Source of the DNA: Motilibacteraceae bacterium
Lineage (GTDB): Bacteria > Actinomycetota > Actinomycetes > Motilibacterales > Motilibacteraceae
Length of the DNA stretch: 64,000 nucleotides
Direction of reading: 5' to 3'
Assembly (NCBI GenBank): GCA_051953655.1
Contig: JBQCIO010000106.1
Location: 8,052-72,051 of the forward strand
Made by a program: the position numbers and the translations under genes. This document shows positions 9,636 to 16,237 of this stretch, piece by piece. The notes beneath the pieces were generated by a model. That model did not search any database. It was not told where the DNA came from and worked only from the letters and a program-made list of their open reading frames with translations. Numbering within the stretch: the first letter of the stretch is position 1; every line of letters starts with the position of its first letter.

Positions 9636-10091
9636 CTAGTAGTCAGTGGTGGCAACGCAGTCGGCACCGTTGACGAGGCCCGCCTGGGCCGTGTACTTGA
9701 ACAGCTGGACGGAACCCTGCGTGTTCTGGACCGCGACGCACCAGTGGGTGGCGTCAGTGAAGTGCTGCGACTTGAGCGTCACATTCGCACTCGCGGCACC
9801 GATGTCCTGAGCCGTCGCCCCCGTGGTACCAGCCGTGAGCGTGTAGCGGCCACCAGTCGTGAGGGCGAGGGTCGGCGCCGTCGTGTTGTCGACGTAGTAG
9901 GTCGCCACCTCCTTGCCAATCGTGCTGACGTCAGCCTTCGCCGCCGTGTCCTGCGCCTTCTTGCGCTGGTTCAGGAAGACCGGGATGGCGATGGCGGCAA
10001 GGATGCCGATGATGATCATGACGACCAGGAGCTCGATGAGCGTGAAGCCCTGCTCCTTCTCGTCCATGGCCTTGCGGATGCGAGCGAGCAT
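9636..10091 (-). CDS. pilA: major type IV pilin (prepilin)
   Basis: Trimmed from track ORF 9636-10433 to the ATG at 10091. It reads MLARIRKAMDEKEQG|FTLIELLVVMIIIGILAAIAIPVFLNQRKKAQD. An ATG at 10067 (MDEKEQG|F) is an alternative start. It has a C-terminal Cys pair (HWCVAVQ...GADCVATTDY), is first in the pilin block and is preceded by a long leader. Confidence 0.88.
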   Translation of the reverse strand: MLARIRKAMDEKEQGFTLIELLVVMIIIGILAAIAIPVFLNQRKKAQDTAAKADVSTIGKEVATYYVDNTTAPTLALTTGGRYTLTAGTTGATAQDIGAASANVTLKSQHFTDATHWCVAVQNTQGSVQLFKYTAQAGLVNGADCVATTDY

Positions 10092-10169
10092 TCGCGTCTG
10101 TCCTTTCCGGACCGGATCGAGTGAGCGCCACGGACCCGGTCCTTGCCCAGTCGCAGTGCGACTGACCGA

Positions 10170-10260
10170 GGCAGCTGGGCCGGCCGCTCCAGGTGGAGCG
10201 CCCCCCTGGCTTTGCGGCCCCACCTCGCGGTGGGTGTGCCGTTTCTGGCCGTGGAGCTCG
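10170..10260 (-). ncRNA. candidate c-di-GMP-I (GEMM-I, type 2) riboswitch aptamer in the pilA 5' leader
   Basis: The minus-strand reading is CACGGCCAGAAAC-GGCACACC-CACC-GCGA-GGUG-GGGCCGCAAAGCC-AGGGGGGCGCUCC-ACCU-GGAGCGGCCGGCCC. Hairpin 1 (CCCACC/GGUGGG) has a GNRA (GCGA) loop. It is flanked 5' by GGCACACC and 3' by CCGCAAAGCC. These align with GGCAAACC...GAAA...GGGACGCAAAGCC of the V. cholerae Vc2 aptamer as I recall it. A second imperfect hairpin follows immediately. This is a visual alignment only; no covariance model was run. Confidence 0.4.
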
Positions 10261-10351
10261 ATGACATCCACGATGTCGGCGCTCTTTCGGCGGCGCTTAA
10301 GCATCCGAGAACGCGACGCTACGAACCACCCTCTCGGACTAGCCCTAACGG

Positions 10352-10390
10352 CTGTGGCCCCGACCAGTCGCACGACTGACGGGGCCACAG
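10352..10390 (-). terminator. 11-bp stem hairpin downstream of pilC
   Basis: CTGTGGCCCCG (10352-10362) pairs with CGGGGCCACAG (10380-10390). The loop itself contains the small palindrome CAGTCGCACGACTG. It lies about 80 nt after the pilC stop. Confidence 0.45.
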
Positions 10391-10469
10391 GAGCGTGACG
10401 ATGAGCAGGCGTCGCTAGCGGCGATGTCCTCAAGGCGGTATAACGACCGGTGAGGCACGACCCAGCGTC

Positions 10470-11693
10470 CTACTTGATGAGGTCAAACACCTTGAAGATG
10501 GGCATGTAGAGCGCGACGATCATCGATCCGATGATCCCGCCCAGGAAGGCGATCATCAGCGGCTCGATCAGGCTGGTGAGCGCCTCAGCTGTCGCCTCCA
10601 CCTCCTGGTCGTAGAAGTCAGAGATCTTGTGCAGCATGGTGTCAAGGGCGCCGGTGTCCTCGCCCACCGCCATCATCTGCACGACCATCGGTGGGAACAC
10701 CTTGTGCTGCTCAAGGGGCTTGGTCAGCGACTCGCCCTTCCGCACGCTCTCCTGGACGTCGCGCACTGCTCGTTCCAGGACGATGTTGCCCGTCGTGGCG
10801 GCGACGATCTCGAGGGACTGCAGGATCGGCACGCCGGAGCGCATCATGGTGCCGAGGTTCCGACTGAAACGGCTGAGTGCGATCTTCCCGAAGAGCGGGC
10901 CGAAGACCGGCATCTTCAGCTTGATGGGGTCCACGACGCTTCGGACGTTCTCCTGGTGCTTGACGCGTCGCCAGACGGCCACCCCGACGATCAGCCCGAC
11001 GAGGATGACCGGACCGAGCAGTTGGAGCGAATGCGAGAGGAAGACCAGCACACGGGTCGGCGCGGGCAGGGTGCCGCCCAGCTGGGCGAACATCTTTGCG
11101 AACACCGGCACGATGAACAGCAGCATGCCGATGACAGCGATGATCGACAGGACGAAGACGACCACCGGATACGTCATCGCCGACTTGATCTTGCCCTTGA
11201 GCTTGACCTCGGCCTCGTAGTTCTCGGCGATCTGCAGCAGGACTGAGTCGAGGAAGCCGCCAACCTCGCCGGCCCGGCACATGTTGACCATGAGCGGCGG
11301 GAAGGCCTTCGGGTGCTTCGCCATCGCCGCCGAGAGCGCGACGCCGGTCTCGACGTCGTTGCGGACCGAGGCGAGGACCTTGGCCAGCTCCTTGTTCTCG
11401 GTCTGGTTGGCGAGGATGTCCAACGCGCGCAGCAGGGACAGACCGGAGTTGATCATCGTCGCGAACTGGCGCGACATGACGGCGAGGTCCTTGAGCTTGA
11501 TCCGACCACCGAGACCAGGGATCTTGAGCTCGGTGTTCACGCCGGTGTTGGCCTTGGTGATGCTGACCGGCGCGTAGCCCATCTGCCGCAGCTTGTTGAC
11601 GACCGCGGCCTGCGACTCGGCCTCGAGCTTGCCGTTGACGATCTTCCCGGCCCGGTCGCGGACCGAGTACTGGAAGGTGGCGGTGGCTGCCAT
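10470..11693 (-). CDS. pilC: type IV pilus platform protein PilC (GspF family)
   Basis: Trimmed from 10470-11960 to the ATG at 11693. It reads MAATATFQYSVRDRAGKIVNGKLEAESQAAVVNKLRQMGYAPV, has two GspF repeats (LSRQFATMINSGLSLLRAL and FSRNLGTMMRSGVPILQSL) and TM segments. The C-terminus is ...MPIFKVFDLIK. Confidence 0.93.
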   Translation of the reverse strand: MAATATFQYSVRDRAGKIVNGKLEAESQAAVVNKLRQMGYAPVSITKANTGVNTELKIPGLGGRIKLKDLAVMSRQFATMINSGLSLLRALDILANQTENKELAKVLASVRNDVETGVALSAAMAKHPKAFPPLMVNMCRAGEVGGFLDSVLLQIAENYEAEVKLKGKIKSAMTYPVVVFVLSIIAVIGMLLFIVPVFAKMFAQLGGTLPAPTRVLVFLSHSLQLLGPVILVGLIVGVAVWRRVKHQENVRSVVDPIKLKMPVFGPLFGKIALSRFSRNLGTMMRSGVPILQSLEIVAATTGNIVLERAVRDVQESVRKGESLTKPLEQHKVFPPMVVQMMAVGEDTGALDTMLHKISDFYDQEVEATAEALTSLIEPLMIAFLGGIIGSMIVALYMPIFKVFDLIK

Positions 11694-11704
11694 GCGTATC
11701 CCTC

Positions 11705-13438
11705 TCAAGCCCGGCCGGTGAGCCGGTTGAAGTCCTCGACGTGGTGGCACTTCTCGAGACCGTGCTCGTAGGTGATCTGACCGCGCCGCACCAGGTCGGC
11801 GAGGTGCTGGTCGAGCGTGTGCATGCCGTGCTGCTGGCCGGCCTGCATCGCGGAGTAGATCTGATGGGTCTTGCCCTCGCGGATGAGGTTGCGGATGGCC
11901 GGGGTGGCCATCATGACCTCGGTGGCGACGACGCGGCCCTTGCCGTCGGGCGTCTTGCACAGGGTCTGGCAGACGACGCCCTGGATGGCGCCGGCCAGCT
12001 GCACGCGCACCTGCTGCTGCTGGTGCGGCGGGAAGACGTCGATGACGCGGTCGATGGTCTGCGCGGCGTCCTGGGTGTGCAGGGTGGCGAAGACCAGGTG
12101 GCCGGTCTCGGCGGCGGTGAGGGCCACCGAGATGGTCTCCAGGTCGCGCATCTCGCCGACCAGGATGATGTCGGGGTCCTGGCGCAGGACGTGCTTGAGC
12201 GCGTTCTGGAAGGACCAGGTGTCCTCCCCCACCTCGCGCTGGTTGACCACGCAGCTCTGGTGGCGGTGGAGGAACTCGATCGGGTCCTCCACCGTCATGA
12301 TGTGGTCCTTGCGGGTCCGGTTAGCCAGGTCGACGATCGCGGCCAGCGTCGTCGACTTGCCCGAGCCCGTGGGACCGGTGACCAGGACGAAGCCGCGCGG
12401 CAGCTGGGCGAAGTTCGCCACCACCGGGGGGACGCCGAGGTCCTCGAGCTTCTTGATCTCGTAGGGGATGAGCCGGAACGCGGCGCCCAGGGCGTCGCGC
12501 TGGCGGTAGAGGTTCACGCGGAAGCGGGCCCGGCCCGGGACCGAGTAGGAGAAGTCGAGCTCGAGCTCCTCCTCGAACTTCTCCCGCTGCTTCTGGGTGA
12601 GGATCGCGTACATGACCCGCTGGATGACCGGCGGCGTCATGACCGGGTAGTCCTCGAGCTGGGTCAGCTCGCCGTGCAGCCGGATGGTCGGGCGGGTGCC
12701 GCTGGTGATGTGCAGGTCCGAGGCCTTGAGCTCGAGGACCTTCTCCAGGATCTCGTTGAGGTTGAGGTCGTCCTCGGTCTGCTGCGCCTCGGTGGAGGCG
12801 CGCGAGTACGCCTCCTCGTCGGCCTCGGACTCCTCCACGACCACCGGGCCGAGGGTGAACGTCTCCGGCTCCGGTTCCGGGACCAGCGACAGCGGCGTCG
12901 ACGCGGGCGCGGCGGCCTCGGGGGCGAGCAGGTACGACGTCGACGACGGCTGCTCGACGGGCGGGATCGTGTAGGTCTGGTCGTACGACGGCTGGTAGGA
13001 CAGGTCCTCGACCTGGCGGACCTGCGGCGCGTACGCCGACGTCTCCCCCGCCGGCTGGTAGCCGGTCTGGGCCAGCGCCTCGAACGAGGACGGCGCGAAC
13101 GGCTGGGTCTCCCCCGCCGGGTCGAAGTGCACCGCCTCGTAGGAAGGGGGCGCGGCGGCGGGCTCGGGCTGCCACGACGCGGCGTAGGACTGCCACTCCG
13201 AGCCAGCGCCCGCGGTGTAGGAGGACGCCGGCGCGCTGAGCGCGTCGTCGACCGGAGCCGCCGGCGCGGGCGGCTGGTAGCCACCGGTGGCGTCGAAGGA
13301 GTAGCTCCAGCCACCGGCGCCGCCGTCGGCGGCGAGCGGCGACGGCCCGGGCGCGAAGCCGCCGGCCAGCTGCTCGGGCTCCTCGCCCGTCGGGTATCCC
13401 GGAGTGGTCACCGTCGCATCCCCTCGTGCTCGTCCCAC
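11705..13438 (-). CDS. pilT: twitching-motility retraction ATPase PilT with a ~224-aa low-complexity N-terminal extension
   Basis: The C-terminal ~350 aa is a canonical PilT: ASDLHITSGTRPTIRLHGEL, Walker A GPTGSGKSTT, DPDIILVGEMRDLETI, HLVFATLHT, and AIRNLIREGKTHQIYSAMQ. The preceding 224 aa are Pro/Ala/Tyr/Gln/Ser-rich but keep strong G/C third-position bias. They also fill what would otherwise be a 770-nt gap. Confidence 0.88.
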   Translation of the reverse strand: MGRARGDATVTTPGYPTGEEPEQLAGGFAPGPSPLAADGGAGGWSYSFDATGGYQPPAPAAPVDDALSAPASSYTAGAGSEWQSYAASWQPEPAAAPPSYEAVHFDPAGETQPFAPSSFEALAQTGYQPAGETSAYAPQVRQVEDLSYQPSYDQTYTIPPVEQPSSTSYLLAPEAAAPASTPLSLVPEPEPETFTLGPVVVEESEADEEAYSRASTEAQQTEDDLNLNEILEKVLELKASDLHITSGTRPTIRLHGELTQLEDYPVMTPPVIQRVMYAILTQKQREKFEEELELDFSYSVPGRARFRVNLYRQRDALGAAFRLIPYEIKKLEDLGVPPVVANFAQLPRGFVLVTGPTGSGKSTTLAAIVDLANRTRKDHIMTVEDPIEFLHRHQSCVVNQREVGEDTWSFQNALKHVLRQDPDIILVGEMRDLETISVALTAAETGHLVFATLHTQDAAQTIDRVIDVFPPHQQQQVRVQLAGAIQGVVCQTLCKTPDGKGRVVATEVMMATPAIRNLIREGKTHQIYSAMQAGQQHGMHTLDQHLADLVRRGQITYEHGLEKCHHVEDFNRLTGRA

Positions 13439-13541
13439 CCGCGGCGCGGGTGCGGTCCGTCCTGAGGAGGCATCGGCGGGGGCGGGAGGCGGCTTGAGGC
13501 TCTACGCCCCACGCAGCAGGGCGAAGGACCTACGTCGACAG

Positions 13542-15257
13542 TTACACGACGACGCGGAGGATCTCGTCGATGGACGTGACGCCCTGGCGCACCTTGTCCA
13601 TCCCGTCGTTCCGCAGCGTGATCATGCCCTGCTCGCGGGCGACCTCGCCGACGGCGGAGGCCGAGGCGCGCTCGACGCAGAGCCGCTCGATCTCCTCGGT
13701 GACCGGCATGACCTCGTGCAGCGCGAGCCGGCCCTTGTAGCCGGTTTTCGCGCACACCGAGCAGCCCACCGGGCGGAACAGCTCGGGCAGCTCCTCGCCG
13801 TCCTGCCACGGGTAGCGGGTGGACAGCAGCTGCTCCGGCGTCGGCGTGTAGGGCTCCTTGCACTTGCTGCACAGCCGGCGCGCGAGCCGCTGGGCCAGCA
13901 CGCAGTCAAGCGCGGAGCCGACGAGGAACGGCTCGATGCCCATCTCGGTCAACCGGGTCACCGCCGACGGCGCGTCGTTAGTGTGCAGCGTGGAGAGCAC
14001 GAGGTGACCGGTGAGGGCGGCCTCGACCGCGATCTGCCCGGTCTCGTGGTCACGGATCTCACCGATGAGCACGACGTCGGGGTCCGAGCGAAGGATCGAG
14101 CGCAGCGCCGCGGCGAACGTCAGGCCGGCCTTCTGGTTGGTCTGCACCTGGTTGATGCCCGGCAGCCGGTACTCGACCGGGTCCTCGACCGTGATGACGT
14201 TGATCTCCGGCCGGCTGACGATGTTCATCGTCGCGTAGAGCGTGGTCGACTTGCCCGAACCGGTCGGGCCGGTGACCAGGATCATCCCGTAGGGCTTGGT
14301 GAAGCTCACCGAGTAACGGTCGTAGTTGGACGGCGAGAAGCCGAGGTCGGCCAGGTCCAGCCGTGCGGTGGAGTTGTCCAGGATTCGCATGACGACCTTC
14401 TCGCCCCACACCGTGGGGAGGGTCGCGACGCGGAGGTCGACCTTCTTGCCGTGCGCGTTCACCGACAGGCGGCCGTCCTGCGGGATGCGCCGCTCGGCGA
14501 TGTTGATGTCCGCCATGATCTTGAGGCGGCTGATGACGCCGGACTGGATCGCCTTGGGCGAGCGCATGACCTCGTGCAGCACGCCGTCGATGCGGAAGCG
14601 CACCCGCAGGTCGTGCTCGGTCGGCTCGAGGTGGATGTCGGAGGCGCGGTCCTGGATGGCCTGGGTGATGAGCAGGTTGACGTACTTGACGATCGGCGCG
14701 TCCTCGACGATCTCCTTGACCTTGGAGAGGTCGTCCTCGTCCTCGGCCTGCGCGTCGAGCACGCTGGTGAGGTCGTCGAGGTCGGAGTCCGCGCGGTAGA
14801 AGCGGTCGATGGCCGCGAGCACGTCGCCGCGGGTGGCGACGACGGCGCGCACCTCCATGCCGGTGATGGAGCGCAGGTCGTCGATGGCGAAGACGTTGGC
14901 CGGGTCGGCCATCGCCACCAGCAGCCGGCCCTCCTCGAACCCGATCGGCAGCGCGGTGTGCCGGCGCGCGACGGTGCCGGGCACGCGGCCGATCGCGGAG
15001 CCGTCGACGGCGTAGTCGGTGAGCTCGACGAAGCGCAGCCCGATCTGCGTGGCCAGGGCGGCGACGAGCTGGGCCTCGGTGAGCACGCCGGAGTCGACCA
15101 GCACCCGACCGAGGCTGCGGCCCTGCCGCTGCTGCTCCTCGTAGGCGCCGACCAGCTGGTCCTCGCTGACCAATCCCCCCTCGAGGAGGATGTCGCCGAG
15201 CTGCTTCACCCCGCGCTCCCGTCCGTCACGTCGTCCACTCCACCATCGGGCGGACAC
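13542..15257 (-). CDS. pilB: type IV pilus extension ATPase PilB (GspE family)
   Basis: It has an N-terminal MshEN/GSPII_E_N-like region (LGDILLEGGLVSEDQL...LGRVLVDSGVLTEAQL), Walker A GPTGSGKSTT, and DPDVVLIGEIRDHET. It also has a tetracysteine motif (CSKC...CSVC). The more likely start is GTG 15209 (VKQLGDILL), which has GGGAG upstream. Confidence 0.93.
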   Translation of the reverse strand: MSARWWSGRRDGRERGVKQLGDILLEGGLVSEDQLVGAYEEQQRQGRSLGRVLVDSGVLTEAQLVAALATQIGLRFVELTDYAVDGSAIGRVPGTVARRHTALPIGFEEGRLLVAMADPANVFAIDDLRSITGMEVRAVVATRGDVLAAIDRFYRADSDLDDLTSVLDAQAEDEDDLSKVKEIVEDAPIVKYVNLLITQAIQDRASDIHLEPTEHDLRVRFRIDGVLHEVMRSPKAIQSGVISRLKIMADINIAERRIPQDGRLSVNAHGKKVDLRVATLPTVWGEKVVMRILDNSTARLDLADLGFSPSNYDRYSVSFTKPYGMILVTGPTGSGKSTTLYATMNIVSRPEINVITVEDPVEYRLPGINQVQTNQKAGLTFAAALRSILRSDPDVVLIGEIRDHETGQIAVEAALTGHLVLSTLHTNDAPSAVTRLTEMGIEPFLVGSALDCVLAQRLARRLCSKCKEPYTPTPEQLLSTRYPWQDGEELPELFRPVGCSVCAKTGYKGRLALHEVMPVTEEIERLCVERASASAVGEVAREQGMITLRNDGMDKVRQGVTSIDEILRVVV

Positions 15258-15291
15258 CCCCCGACCTTGACCAGTCCTGGGCGCGAGCCCC

Positions 15292-15648
15292 TCAGTCCCT
15301 GGGCTGCAGCAACCTCGTGGCGGCGGCGAGCAGCGCCGCGGCCTGCGGCGAGGCCGCGGGCATCCGCTCGCTGCGGCCGTCGGTGAAGCCGAGCTCGACG
15401 ACGGGCTCGTCGGGCTCCGCAGCGGGCGCAGCGGGTGGTTGCGGCGCGGGCCGGCGCGGGAGCACGGCGTCGTCCGCGGATGTCCTCGGGACCGGCACGA
15501 AGACGGGTTCGGCCGCGAGGGCGGCGGCCAGCGGCGTCGACGGCGGCTCAGCCGCGCGGGATGCCCCTACCGACCGCACCGACGACGTCGGCCGTCCGGC
15601 CGCGTGCCGACCGGCGGCCCGCCGCGACCACAGCCGGGACCAGCGCAC
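15292..15648 (-). CDS. hypothetical small Pro/Ala-rich protein between the GTPase gene and pilB
   Basis: 118-aa ORF whose GTG start lies 1 nt after the GTPase stop. It has strong GC3 bias. I recognise no family. Confidence 0.4.
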   Translation of the reverse strand: MRWSRLWSRRAAGRHAAGRPTSSVRSVGASRAAEPPSTPLAAALAAEPVFVPVPRTSADDAVLPRRPAPQPPAAPAAEPDEPVVELGFTDGRSERMPAASPQAAALLAAATRLLQPRD

Positions 15649-15649
15649 G

Positions 15650-16237
15650 TCAGGCCCGCACCGCTTCGGCCTCGAGCTGGTCGAGGACGCCGAACAGCAG
15701 GGACAGCACCACGTTTTTCACCGACTCGCGGTCGGTCGCGTCGCACGGCACGATCGCCACGCTGCCGTCGACGTCGAGCGCGGCCCGTACCTGCTGCTCC
15801 ACGGCCGGGTCCAGCGACGCGGCGCGGTTGAGCGCCACCACGAACGGCACGGTGGCCATGGCGCGGAAGGCGTCGAGGATGCCGCGGCCCTCGGCGAAGG
15901 ACTCGGGGCGGGAGGCGTCCAGGAGCAGGACGTAGCCGAGCATCCCCTCGCCGAGGATCTCCCACATGAAGTCGAAACGCTCCTGCCCGGGCGTGCCGAA
16001 CAGGTAGAGGACGAGCTCGCGGTCGATGGTGATCCGGCCGAAGTCCATCGCGACGGTGGTCTCGGCCTTGCGGGCGCGCTCGCTGCCGTCGCTGGTGCCG
16101 CGTTCGGTGCTGAGCACGGTGATCTCGCTGATGGTGCGGATCAGCGTGGTCTTGCCGGCCGCGTAGGGGCCGGTCACCACCACCTTGACCGCCTGGCCGC
16201 CGTGCCGGCGCCGGGGGCGTCCCTGCCGTGCGGTCAC
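15650..16237 (-). CDS. small Ras-like GTPase, MglA/CvnD (COG2229-like) family
   Basis: 195 aa with P-loop VVVTGPYAAGKTTLI and a switch-I-like region ETTVAMDFGRI. Switch II is LFGTPGQERF; the TPGQ form replaces DxxG, as in MglA-type GTPases. The degenerate G4 motif is VVALNRA. Its GTG start abuts the TAG stop of the upstream gene (TAGGTG). Confidence 0.85.
   Translation of the reverse strand: MTARQGRPRRRHGGQAVKVVVTGPYAAGKTTLIRTISEITVLSTERGTSDGSERARKAETTVAMDFGRITIDRELVLYLFGTPGQERFDFMWEILGEGMLGYVLLLDASRPESFAEGRGILDAFRAMATVPFVVALNRAASLDPAVEQQVRAALDVDGSVAIVPCDATDRESVKNVVLSLLFGVLDQLEAEAVRA

Noticed and set aside
9636-10433. 265-aa version of the major pilin ORF, which would make the pilA leader coding
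   Set aside because: A prepilin needs a short basic leader ending in Gly before FTLIE. The first 114 codons have no pilin or signal character and cover the structured leader. The start was therefore moved to 10091.
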